Assembly (NCBI GenBank): GCA_964478155.1
Contig: CAYZGT010000001.1
Coordinates: 83,557-147,556, forward strand
Direction of reading: 5' to 3'
DNA length: 64,000 nucleotides
Origin: an uncultured Simplicispira sp.
GTDB taxonomy: Bacteria; Pseudomonadota; Gammaproteobacteria; Burkholderiales; Burkholderiaceae_C
Position numbers and translations under genes: made by a program
Shown here: in pieces, positions 28,801-37,661 of the stretch
Position numbering within the stretch: position 1 is the first letter of the stretch
How the letters are laid out: each line of letters opens with the position of its first letter
The notes under the pieces: model-generated
Told to the model about the DNA's origin: nothing
Database searches by the model: none
What the model saw: only the letters and a program-made list of their open reading frames with translations

Positions 28801-30072
28801 TCAGATCCTTGGAGACAAGCCGTCGGCGAGCGACAGGCGATACGCCCGCCATCCGGGCAGCAGGCTCGCGAGCCAGCCTGCCAGCAACAGGCCAAGGAGC
28901 AGCAGCGCCTGTGTCGGCGTTGGCTCGCCCAGGTGCAATGTTAGCCCGAAAGCCGATTGCAGCCAGGGGGCTAGTGCGAACACGCAGCCTGCCAGGGCCG
29001 CCGTTCCCAGGACGATCCCGGCCAGCGTCAGTAAAGCACCTTCTAGGGCCAGCAGCAGGAGTACATGGTAGAGGCTGGCACCCACCGCGCGTAGCACGGC
29101 GAGTTCCCGTCGACGCTCGTTCAGCCCAGCCAGTACGACGGACATCAGCCCAGCCATGCTGACCAGGGCCACCAAGCCTGACATCAGCAGCAGTGCCCGC
29201 TCGCCAGCACCGACGATATCCCACAGTTCGTCCAGCGCCACGCCCGGAAGGATGGACATCAGCGGCTCGCTGGCGAAGTTGTTGACTTGGCGTTGCACGG
29301 AGAAAACCGCCGCGCGGTTGTGTAGCCCCACGAGTGCGGCAGTCACGTTCTTGGGCTGCAAGTCCATCTTGCGCGCCTCTTCGGCACCGATGTGCATCCT
29401 TGGCAGGGGAGCACCGGCGATCCAATCGACGTGGATCGCCTCCATGGCCTCCAGGCTGACGTGCACCGTACGGTCGACTGGGGTACCAGTGCGCGCTAGG
29501 ATGCCGGTGATGGTGAACGGCTTGTCCGCATGGTCGGCACCCAGGTTTACCTCGCCCGTACCATGCGCCAGCGTGATGCGCTGACCAATCTGGTAACCGA
29601 GCCGTTCAGCGACCTCGGTGCCCACAACGGCATCGTAGAGGTCGCTGAATGCCTGGCCCTCGCGCAGCTGCAGTGGCTGGGCTTCGCCGTAGCGAAAATG
29701 ATCGAAGTAAGCTTGGTTCGTTCCCAGCACCGGGAAGCCCTGGTGCGAATCTCCCAGAGACAGCGGCACCACCCACGCCACGCCGCGCATACGCTCGAGA
29801 GATTGCACACTGCGCCACTGGATGTTGTTGGTGGCCGCGCCGACATGGAAGACGGAATACAACAGCAATTGCACTGAGCCTGTGCGGGCACCGACGATCA
29901 GGTCGGTGCCCGACACCGCCGAAGTGAAGCTGCTGCGCAGGTCGGTGCGCACCCGTTCCACGCCGAGCAACATGAAAGTGGACAACGCGATGGAGCAGAC
30001 CGTGAGCGCCAGCGTGAAGCGCCGGTTCCAGGCACTGCGTAAAGCCAAATTGAACAGAAAACCGGGCCTCAT
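28801..30072 (-). CDS. MacB/FtsX-type ABC permease (ZrgC-like)
   Basis: SGTDLIVGAR.GSVQLLLYSVF, SLGDSH, HADKPF, TGTPVDR, ERRRELAVLR. Confidence 0.9.
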   Translation of the reverse strand: MRPGFLFNLALRSAWNRRFTLALTVCSIALSTFMLLGVERVRTDLRSSFTSAVSGTDLIVGARTGSVQLLLYSVFHVGAATNNIQWRSVQSLERMRGVAWVVPLSLGDSHQGFPVLGTNQAYFDHFRYGEAQPLQLREGQAFSDLYDAVVGTEVAERLGYQIGQRITLAHGTGEVNLGADHADKPFTITGILARTGTPVDRTVHVSLEAMEAIHVDWIAGAPLPRMHIGAEEARKMDLQPKNVTAALVGLHNRAAVFSVQRQVNNFASEPLMSILPGVALDELWDIVGAGERALLLMSGLVALVSMAGLMSVVLAGLNERRRELAVLRAVGASLYHVLLLLALEGALLTLAGIVLGTAALAGCVFALAPWLQSAFGLTLHLGEPTPTQALLLLGLLLAGWLASLLPGWRAYRLSLADGLSPRI

Positions 30073-30794
30073 GGCGCATCCTTGCTAGGCTGCGCTGCAT
30101 GGTTGATGGCGGGCAAGGATACTTGGCGTCCGAAACGCTCGGCGATGCGCCGGTCATGGCTCACCAGTACCAAAGCGCTGCTAGATGCTGCGCAGGCCGC
30201 CAAGAGCAGGTCGAGGAACGCCTCACGCCGATCCTCGTCCAGCGCCGACGTTGGCTCATCGGCAATGACCAAGCCAGGCTGTCCGATCAGGGCGCGCGCG
30301 GCCGCGACGCGCTGTTGCTGGCCGACCGACAATGTGTGCGCTGGGCGCTGCCAGACCGAGGCATCCAGTCCCATCCCTTCGAGCCAATGCTCGGCCGCCG
30401 CACGCAGCGATTCCCCTCTGTGGGCCGCCGCACCGCGACGGCGTGAAGAGAATCGGCATGGGAGCAGCACGTTGTCCAATGCCGTGAGATAAGGCAGAAG
30501 GTTGAACTGCTGGAAGATGTAGCCGACGTGGTCGACTCGGTGGTGGTCGCGCGCTGCAGGGCGCAGACCGGCCCAAGGGATGCCGAGCAGCGAGACGCTA
30601 CCTTGCTGGGGCAGCAGCACACCGGCCAGCAGCGACAGCAGTGTGCTCTTGCCACAGCCACTGGGCCCATGCAGGAAGACGGTCTCTCCCGCTTCGACAC
30701 GGAACTGCGCGATGTTCAGGCAGTCCTGAACGTTGCCGGCCCAGGCGAAGCGCAGGTTCTCGACCGTAAGAAGAGGCGTGGACATCGCTGGCAT
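30069..30794 (-). CDS. ABC ATPase (ZrgB-like)
   Basis: GPSGCGKS, FQQFNLLPYL, LSVGQQQR, ADEPTSALD. Confidence 0.92.
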   Translation of the reverse strand: MPAMSTPLLTVENLRFAWAGNVQDCLNIAQFRVEAGETVFLHGPSGCGKSTLLSLLAGVLLPQQGSVSLLGIPWAGLRPAARDHHRVDHVGYIFQQFNLLPYLTALDNVLLPCRFSSRRRGAAAHRGESLRAAAEHWLEGMGLDASVWQRPAHTLSVGQQQRVAAARALIGQPGLVIADEPTSALDEDRREAFLDLLLAACAASSSALVLVSHDRRIAERFGRQVSLPAINHAAQPSKDAP

Positions 30795-31381
30795 CAGCGT
30801 GTCAGGTTCAGCCGTGGCATGGTGGCTTGCAGCGTGCGCTTGAATTGGCCCTGGGGCGTGGCGACCTGTGCGTTGACGGTACGGACGCGCTTGAAGGCGC
30901 TGAACAGCTTCACATCGATAAATTGGGCCTGTGCAGGCTTGTCACAAGCGAAGACGATGTTCACGTCGATATCGGCGTGTTCGCTATCCGCATGGTTGTG
31001 GTCATGTTCCTCTTTTTTACCACCATTGCTGAAACCGAGCACAGCGGACTCGATGGCTACTTTCGACAGTCTGCAGCCCCCGGCTGGATCGGGCTGGAAC
31101 AGCTGGTCCGCGGCCTTCAGGCGAGCCTGCAGGTCTGCCACGCGCTTGCGCTCGGCATCGGTGCGCGGTGCGCGTTCGAAACCGAGGAACCCCTCCAGCG
31201 GCGACTCGAGGGCCAATGTGATGGTTTGGGCATCGACTGCGACATCCAGATTCATGTGGCCATGGGTGTGGGCGTGCTGCTGGGCCACGGCCGGCAATGC
31301 CACCGCGAGGGCACCAACGAAGTGCAGGAGTACGCACAGGCCAACGCGCTGGCCGGACGAGGGTTCGAGCATGGGTTTCAT
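30794..31381 (-). CDS. DUF2796 periplasmic zinc-binding protein (ZrgA-like)
   Basis: Signal peptide, AHTHG, LESP..LGFE.AP, His-rich EEHDHNHADSEHADI; start uncertain (31381 or 31402). Confidence 0.88.
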   Translation of the reverse strand: MKPMLEPSSGQRVGLCVLLHFVGALAVALPAVAQQHAHTHGHMNLDVAVDAQTITLALESPLEGFLGFERAPRTDAERKRVADLQARLKAADQLFQPDPAGGCRLSKVAIESAVLGFSNGGKKEEHDHNHADSEHADIDVNIVFACDKPAQAQFIDVKLFSAFKRVRTVNAQVATPQGQFKRTLQATMPRLNLTR

Positions 31382-31487
31382 CCTGGGAAAAGTACGGGGC
31401 AAAAGCTCCCAATTGAGAGTCGATTATCAAATAAGTCCGGCTGCACCACGTCTGCGAGGGCTCGTTAAAGCGAGTGTTGCGATTAAT

Positions 31488-31528
31488 TGCAACTTTGTTG
31501 CGTTATGATGTAGTGCAATCGAGTTGCA
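31488..31528. promoter_or_regulatory. Two tandem Zur boxes
   Basis: TGCAACTTTGTTGCG (31488-31502) and TGCAATCGAGTTGCA (31514-31528) match the betaproteobacterial Zur motif TGCAAC-N3-GTTGCA; between zrgA and the cobW operon. Confidence 0.8.
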
Positions 31529-31530
31529 TT

Positions 31531-31818
31531 ATGCCGAACTTCCTCAAGACCTCTTCCATCGACAGTAACCGGCACGATGCCCTGGAGGCGGCTGGACTGC
31601 GTAGCACGGTGGCCGCTCGGGCCATCCTTGATCTCTTCGAGTGGGAAGGCGAGGTAATGCTGACCCATGCGCAACGCGTGTACCAATTGGTCAAGCTGCC
31701 GCAAGCCCTTCAGGATGTCTGCCGGCAGGTGCTTGTGCGCTGGGAGGCGCAGGAACCTCAAGGTCTGGCGGCTGACGTAGCAGTGCGTGGAGTGTGTGTT
31801 CGATGCCTACCTCATTGA
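31531..31818 (+). pseudogene. Internally deleted Fur/Zur-family ORF
   Basis: LEAAGLRST..LTHAQ joined directly to a C-terminal VRGVCVRC; the recognition helix and HxxCxxC are absent. Confidence 0.7.
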
Positions 31819-32084
31819 TGCATTGGCGCGATTCGGACATGCCGTTGTGCTGGCTGGAGCGCCCCAAGCTCGGGCAGGGGGCGAATGGCCAGTCCGATGA
31901 ATCGTCCGGTCTGATCCGCAATTCTGCTGCGGTGCACACGCTCCTTGCCTTGCTCAAAGGAAGGCAATGGCCTGCCAATGAAGGCTGGGGCGCTATCCAT
32001 CGTTCACCGCCTCTCGCGTGTTCGTGGCTATCGACGCGCTCTAGCCAGCGCTTTTCCATCGACTTCAGACACACCACGATATGA
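31818..32084 (+). pseudogene. DUF1826-like remnant ORF
   Basis: KLG.GA.GQSDE.SGLI and ALLKGRQW..NEG.GAIHRSP resemble the DUF1826 C-terminus common in cobW clusters; overlaps both neighbours. Confidence 0.65.
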
Positions 32085-33295
32085 CTACTTCCTCAGCGAA
32101 TTCTTGCGTCAAGCGATTGCCAGTGACAGTGCTGTCCGGGTTTCTCGGTGCTGGCAAGACCACACTGCTCAACCACATCCTCAACAATCGCGAAGGCCGG
32201 CGCGTTGCTGTCATCGTCAACGACATGTCCGAGGTGAATATTGATGCCGATCTCGTGCGCCAGGGTGGCGCAGAGCTCTCTCGCACCGACGAAAAGCTCT
32301 TTGAGATGAGCAACGGATGCATCTGTTGCACGCTGCGGGAGGACCTGTTGGTCGAGGTACAGCGACTGGCGAACGACGGCAAGTTCGACCAGCTGGTGAT
32401 CGAGTCTACGGGCATTTCCGAACCGTTGCCGGTGGCCGAGACCTTCACTTTCACGGGTGAGGACGGCAAGAGCCTCTTGGACATCGCGCGACTGGACACC
32501 ATGGTCACTGTGGTCGATGCCTTCAACTTCCTGAAAGACTACAGCTCGCGTGACAGCCTGCAGTCCCGTGGGCAGTCGCTGGGCGAGGAAGACCAGCGCA
32601 CGGTGGTCGACCTGCTGATTGAGCAGATCGAGTTCTGCGACGTGATCGTGCTCAACAAGGTGGATCTCATCACCGCCGAAGAGCGCAGCCAGCTGATGGG
32701 CATCCTGCACGGCCTCAACCCACGCGCGAAGATCGAGATCTCGGAGTTTGGCAAGGTCACGCTGAGCTCGGTGCTGGATACGGGTCTGTTCGATTTCGAG
32801 GAAGCGTCGAAGGCCCCAGGGTGGCTCAAGGAGCTGCGCGGCGAGCATACCCCTGAGACCGAGGAATACGGCATCAGCAGCTTTGTCTACCGCGCGCGCC
32901 GCCCCTTCCATCCGAAGCGGTTCTTCGTCCTGGTGGAGAGCGAATGGCCGGGCGTGGTGCGCTCCAAGGGCTTTTTCTGGCTGGCCAGCCGTCCGACCTA
33001 TGCGGGCTCTTGGTCGCAGGCCGGCGCGGTTGCGCGCCATGGAGCGGCCGGCTACTGGTGGGCCGCCGTGCCGATGCAGCACTGGCCGCGAGATCCCGAG
33101 GCCGTGGCCCATATCCGCAAGAACTGGGAGGAAGGTGTCGGAGATGCGCGCCAGGAACTGGTGCTCATTGGCATCGGCATGGACGAGGCCGCCCTGCGGG
33201 CGCGCTTCGACACCTGCCTGTTGACCGATGCCGAGATGGCAAAAGGGCCCAAGGCATGGGCCCGCTACGAGGATCCGTTCCCCTCCTGGGAGTGA
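32081..33295 (+). CDS. COG0523 zinc metallochaperone GTPase (CobW/ZigA/YciC)
   Basis: [28 protein letters not shown], CobW_C RSKG. Confidence 0.96.
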   Translation: MTTSSANSCVKRLPVTVLSGFLGAGKTTLLNHILNNREGRRVAVIVNDMSEVNIDADLVRQGGAELSRTDEKLFEMSNGCICCTLREDLLVEVQRLANDGKFDQLVIESTGISEPLPVAETFTFTGEDGKSLLDIARLDTMVTVVDAFNFLKDYSSRDSLQSRGQSLGEEDQRTVVDLLIEQIEFCDVIVLNKVDLITAEERSQLMGILHGLNPRAKIEISEFGKVTLSSVLDTGLFDFEEASKAPGWLKELRGEHTPETEEYGISSFVYRARRPFHPKRFFVLVESEWPGVVRSKGFFWLASRPTYAGSWSQAGAVARHGAAGYWWAAVPMQHWPRDPEAVAHIRKNWEEGVGDARQELVLIGIGMDEAALRARFDTCLLTDAEMAKGPKAWARYEDPFPSWE

Positions 33296-33374
33296 TCCGA
33301 TCCGTTTGACCGATTGACCGATCGCGCGGCTTCATCCTGTCACGGGTGCGGGCCCGTGGACTGATGGAGTTTGC

Positions 33375-34283
33375 ATGAATGCACGTTTGCCCGATGTGGC
33401 GCTGGCCGAGGCTTCGGCCATTCTTTCTCCGCTGGACGAGGTTGGCATGTCCGGCATCGACTTGCCACTGACCCTGTCCGAGACCGGAGCCTTGAACCCA
33501 GTGCATGCCCGTGCGGCGGTGCGGGTGGATCTGCCGCGGCCCCATGTCAAGGGCATCCACATGTCGCGCCTGCACCGGCTGCTCGATGCTTTCTCCGCCG
33601 AGAAAGTGCTGGCACCGGTTCATCTATGCGCCTTGCTGCGGCAACTGGTGGAAAGTCACCAGGAGTGTGGTTCTCAAGCGGCGCACCTGTCGCTGGATTT
33701 CGAGCTGGTGTTGCGCAGGCCCGCCCTGATGACGGCTGGGCTCGGTGGCTGGAAGTCCTATCCGGTGCGCATGGAGGCGCGGGTGGACATGCAGGGCTTC
33801 CACCTGGCAAGCCGGACCACGGTGGCCTATTCATCGACCTGTCCCTGCTCGGCTGCTTTGTCGCGGCAACTTGTCCAACAGGCGTTCAGCGAGGCCTTCC
33901 AGGCCGAGCGAGAGGTGCCAGTGGCGACCGTTGCGCAATGGTTGCACGATTACGCCACTTGGGCCACGCCCCATAGCCAACGCAGCGAGGCACGGATTGG
34001 TGTGCGCCATCGGGATACCGATGCCCGCTTAGGCTTGTGCGAGCTCATTGACTTGGCCGAGGCTGCCTTGGGTACGCCGGTGCAGACGGCGGTAAAGCGT
34101 GCGGACGAGCAAGCCTTCGCGCGGCTGAATGGCCAGAATCTCATGTACGTCGAGGATGCGGCGCGGCGGTTGGGGCAGGCGCTGTCCGGCACCTATACGG
34201 CCTACTCGGTGCAGGTGACCCATCGCGAGAGTCTGCACGCGCACGATGCGGTGGCGGCCGTCTCGGCAGGGTGGCAGGCATGA
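33375..34283 (+). CDS. folE2: GTP cyclohydrolase IB (Zn-independent)
   Basis: LPDV, VGM, KGIHMSRL, STCPCS, HSQRS, VKRADE, HRESLHAHDA. Confidence 0.95.
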   Translation: MNARLPDVALAEASAILSPLDEVGMSGIDLPLTLSETGALNPVHARAAVRVDLPRPHVKGIHMSRLHRLLDAFSAEKVLAPVHLCALLRQLVESHQECGSQAAHLSLDFELVLRRPALMTAGLGGWKSYPVRMEARVDMQGFHLASRTTVAYSSTCPCSAALSRQLVQQAFSEAFQAEREVPVATVAQWLHDYATWATPHSQRSEARIGVRHRDTDARLGLCELIDLAEAALGTPVQTAVKRADEQAFARLNGQNLMYVEDAARRLGQALSGTYTAYSVQVTHRESLHAHDAVAAVSAGWQA

Positions 34284-34762
34284 GCGCCGCGCAGGCAGGG
34301 ATACCCGTGACCCTGCTGACCAAGGGGGAGATTGCCTCCGTAGAACAGACCAGGGCATTGCGCGCGCAGGCTGATGCCGACGCGCACCAGCAAGATGCGC
34401 TTGAAGCACATGCTCATGGGGGAAAAATGCTTCGCATGAAGGCGCAGCTTCGCGTCTCCGTGGCAGTCCTGGGCCTGTGGCAACGGGATCCGCAAGATGT
34501 CCGTCCGACGACAGCGCTGGCAAAGGTGCTGATCGCGGTCATCCGCTGCTATCAGGTGCTCCTCAGTCCCATGCTGGGGCAAAGCTGCCGCTTCGAGCCC
34601 AGTTGCTCGCAATATGGGCTGGAGGCTATCCGTATGCATGGTGCGGTCATGGGGATCGCCTGGACGCTGCGCCGACTGGTGCGCTGCCATCCCTGGCATC
34701 CCGGTGGCATCGATCCTGTGCCGTCCGCTGGAACACGGTTTTTTTCTTGGAGTAGACATTGA
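34280..34762 (+). CDS. YidD-family protein with an N-terminal CobW-remnant extension
   Basis: C-half YQ..LSP..G.SCRFEPSCSQY..EA...HG..RL.RCHPW..GG.DPVP is YidD; N-half has IPVTLLT and HGGKMLRMK resembling the two ends of CobW. Confidence 0.8.
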   Translation: MSAAQAGIPVTLLTKGEIASVEQTRALRAQADADAHQQDALEAHAHGGKMLRMKAQLRVSVAVLGLWQRDPQDVRPTTALAKVLIAVIRCYQVLLSPMLGQSCRFEPSCSQYGLEAIRMHGAVMGIAWTLRRLVRCHPWHPGGIDPVPSAGTRFFSWSRH

Positions 34763-35319
34763 TACGACGCAATCCCTGGGGTGATCTGCCCGAGATTCAT
34801 CCTGAATCCTTTGTCGACCCGACGGCCATCTTGTGCGGCCGTGTGGTCGTGCATGCCAACGTGTTCATCGGCCCCTATGCTGTCATCCGTGCCGATGAGG
34901 TGAACGCAGATGGCCACATGGACCCGATCGTGATTGGCGCGCATTCCAACATCCAAGACGGCGTGGTCATCCACTCGAAGTCGGGCGGTGCCGTGACCAT
35001 CGGCGAACGCACATCCATCGCCCACCGGGCCATCGTACATGGGCCCTGCACGGTGGGGGATGGGGTCTTCATCGGCTTCAACAGCGTGCTGTTCAACTGC
35101 AGCGTGGGGCAGGGTTGCGTAGTGCGGCACAACGCGGTCGTCGACGGCTGCGACCTGCCGCCGGATTTCTATGTGCCGTCCACCACGCGCATTGGTGCCA
35201 GCACGGATCTCTCGACGATTCCCAAGGTGACGGTTCAGGCCTCCGAGTTCTCCGAGGACGTGGCACGCACCAACAACGCATTGGTGCAGGGCTACAAACG
35301 CATCCAGAACGAGTTTTGA
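34759..35319 (+). CDS. Gamma-class carbonic anhydrase
   Basis: Hexapeptide repeats, IRADE, SNIQDGVVIH, AHRAIVHG; TTG start after GGAG. Confidence 0.9.
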   Translation: MIRRNPWGDLPEIHPESFVDPTAILCGRVVVHANVFIGPYAVIRADEVNADGHMDPIVIGAHSNIQDGVVIHSKSGGAVTIGERTSIAHRAIVHGPCTVGDGVFIGFNSVLFNCSVGQGCVVRHNAVVDGCDLPPDFYVPSTTRIGASTDLSTIPKVTVQASEFSEDVARTNNALVQGYKRIQNEF

Positions 35320-35381
35320 ACCGTGGAACTGCCAGGGCGACCCGACTCCTGCACTATCCATCTTTATGGAAACATTCCGAT

Positions 35382-35585
35382 ATGACGACCAAATCCCCAC
35401 AGGGCTCCTTCTCTCGTGCTGCGTGCGTTGCGAGTACCCCATTCGCCGACTTCGTGTGGCGTGCCAACGGCACAATGGCTGAGCACGCGGGCAAAGGCCA
35501 ACGCATGAAGGCTGCTGAGTGCCAGTACTTCGACGAGGGCTGCGAATTGGCTGGTCGGCTGATGCCTGCCGTGGAAGCGCTATGA
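35382..35585 (+). CDS. Unassigned 67-aa ORF, possible gene remnant
   Basis: [10 protein letters not shown]...LMPAVEAL*; its stop overlaps the thrS start (ATGA). Confidence 0.35.
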   Translation: MTTKSPQGSFSRAACVASTPFADFVWRANGTMAEHAGKGQRMKAAECQYFDEGCELAGRLMPAVEAL

Positions 35586-37546
35586 ACGCCGTCGTAACGG
35601 CGTTAGGGCCGACAACTGCTGTCACCGTGACACTCGCCGATGGAGCACGGCGCGCATTCCCCGGCCCGGTAACGGTGGCCGAGGTGGCGCGTTCTATAAG
35701 CCCCGGCCTAGCCAAGATGGCTGTTGCGGGTAAGGTCGACGGGAAGCTGGTCGATGCCACCGACCTGATCGACCATGATGCATTGCTGCAAATCATCACC
35801 CCCAAGGATGAGGAAGGTCTGGAGATCATCCGTCACTCCACGGCGCACCTGGTGGGCCACGCGGTCAAGCAGCTCTATCCTGCAGCCAAGATGGTGATCG
35901 GCCCGGTGATCGAGGAGGGCTTCTACTACGACATCGCCTTCGAGCGTCCCTTCACGCCCGAGGACATGGTGGTCATCGAACAGCGTATGAGGGAGTTGAT
36001 CGCGCAAGACTACGATGTCATCAAGAAGATGATGCCGCGCGCCGAGGTGATCGAGGTGTTCAAGTCGCGCGGAGAGGACTACAAGCTGCGCCTGATTGAG
36101 GACATGCCCGACGAGAAGATCATGGGCCTGTACTACCACCAGGAATACGTGGACATGTGCCGCGGCCCGCATGTACCCAACACGCGCTTCCTCAAGGTCT
36201 TCAAGCTCACGAAGCTAGCTGGTGCCTATTGGCGTGGCGATGCCAAGAACGCACAGCTGCAGCGGATCTACGGCACGGCTTGGGCCGAAAAGAAGCAATT
36301 CGATGCCTACATCCAGCGTATTGAGGAAGCCGAGAGGCGCGACCACCGCAAACTGGGCAAGGAACTGGATCTGTTCCATTTCCAAGACGATGCGCCCGGG
36401 GCCGTGTTCTGGCATCCGCGTGGCTGGACAATCTTTCAGCAGCTCATCGGCTATATGCGCCAGTGTCAGGAGGCGGCGGGCTACGTGGAAGTCAACACGC
36501 CCGATGTAATGGATCGCAGCCTCTGGGAGATCTCCGGGCACTGGGCTAACTACCGCAACCATATGTTCACGACCACCACGGAAGATGAGCGGGTGCTGGC
36601 GCTCAAGCCAATGAACTGCCCTGGCGGGGTTTCATTGTTCAAGCATGGGCTTAAGAGTTACCGCGACCTGCCGATCCGCATGGCCGAGTTCGGCAAGGTT
36701 CACCGCTACGAGCCCAGTGGTGCCCTGCACGGCCTGATGCGGGTACGGCACTTCACCCAGGACGATGCACACATTTTCTGCACCCCCAAGCAGATGGATG
36801 CGGAGTGCCGCGACGTGGTGGCGCTGGTGCTGGATATCTACCGAGAGTTCGGCTTCGAGGACGTGGCTATCAAGCTGTCCACGCGCCCCGCCAACCGCAT
36901 GGGCGATGACGCGACTTGGGATCGGCTGGAGGGCGCGCTGGTCTTGGCGCTCGATGGCATGGGGCTGAAATACCAGCTCAACCCCGGCGAGGGCGCATTC
37001 TACGGCCCGAAGCTGGAGTTCGTGTTGCGTGATGCGATCGGCCGGGATTGGCAATGCGGCACGCTGCAGGTGGACATGAACCTGCCCGAGCGCTTCGACA
37101 TCGAGTACGTGGGCGAGGATGGCCAGCGCCACCGGCCGGTGATGCTGCACCGTGCGCTCTTTGGCTCGCTCGAACGTTTCACCGGTATTTTGCTGGAACA
37201 CTATGCAGGCAAGCTGCCGGTGTGGCTGGCACCGGTGCAGGTGGCCGTGCTCTCGATCACCGAGGCGCATGGGCCTTACGTTGAGCGGGTCGTAAAGTGG
37301 CTGCGCACGGTGGGGATACGCGCCGTCGCGGACATTCGCAACGAGAAGATCGGCTACAAGATCCGCGAGCAGACCTTGGCGCGCGTGCCGCATCTATGGG
37401 TTGTTGGTGCAGAGGAGGTGGCCCACGGCACCGTGGCGTGGCGCGCCTTAGCAAGTCAGGAGTCCGGAACAATGCCGGTTGCGAATGCAATCGAGCGGCT
37501 GCAGGCGATGGTGCACCGGCCTTCGGCGCAGGACTGCGGGATATGA
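35582..37546 (+). CDS. thrS: Threonine-tRNA ligase, probable zinc-starvation paralog
   Basis: TGS domain, RHSTAH, DMCRGPH, KPMNCP, QDDAH, MLHRA; lies in the Zur-box operon and is not followed by infC. Confidence 0.95.
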   Translation: MNAVVTALGPTTAVTVTLADGARRAFPGPVTVAEVARSISPGLAKMAVAGKVDGKLVDATDLIDHDALLQIITPKDEEGLEIIRHSTAHLVGHAVKQLYPAAKMVIGPVIEEGFYYDIAFERPFTPEDMVVIEQRMRELIAQDYDVIKKMMPRAEVIEVFKSRGEDYKLRLIEDMPDEKIMGLYYHQEYVDMCRGPHVPNTRFLKVFKLTKLAGAYWRGDAKNAQLQRIYGTAWAEKKQFDAYIQRIEEAERRDHRKLGKELDLFHFQDDAPGAVFWHPRGWTIFQQLIGYMRQCQEAAGYVEVNTPDVMDRSLWEISGHWANYRNHMFTTTTEDERVLALKPMNCPGGVSLFKHGLKSYRDLPIRMAEFGKVHRYEPSGALHGLMRVRHFTQDDAHIFCTPKQMDAECRDVVALVLDIYREFGFEDVAIKLSTRPANRMGDDATWDRLEGALVLALDGMGLKYQLNPGEGAFYGPKLEFVLRDAIGRDWQCGTLQVDMNLPERFDIEYVGEDGQRHRPVMLHRALFGSLERFTGILLEHYAGKLPVWLAPVQVAVLSITEAHGPYVERVVKWLRTVGIRAVADIRNEKIGYKIREQTLARVPHLWVVGAEEVAHGTVAWRALASQESGTMPVANAIERLQAMVHRPSAQDCGI

Positions 37547-37647
37547 GCTTGCTGTGTTCAGCACTGGATGACGCGCTCAGGTACCACGAGCGCACGAAGC
37601 ACCACCCCGGACAGCTCGACTGGGCATCACAGCCCGATCCGTTATGA
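37543..37647 (+). pseudogene. 34-aa stub of a SagB/ThcOx-type nitroreductase
   Basis: [34 protein letters not shown] matches the recalled YH..TKH...LDW..QP.P N-terminal motif; overlaps the thrS stop. Confidence 0.6.
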
Positions 37648-37661
37648 TGCCAAGGAGCAAT

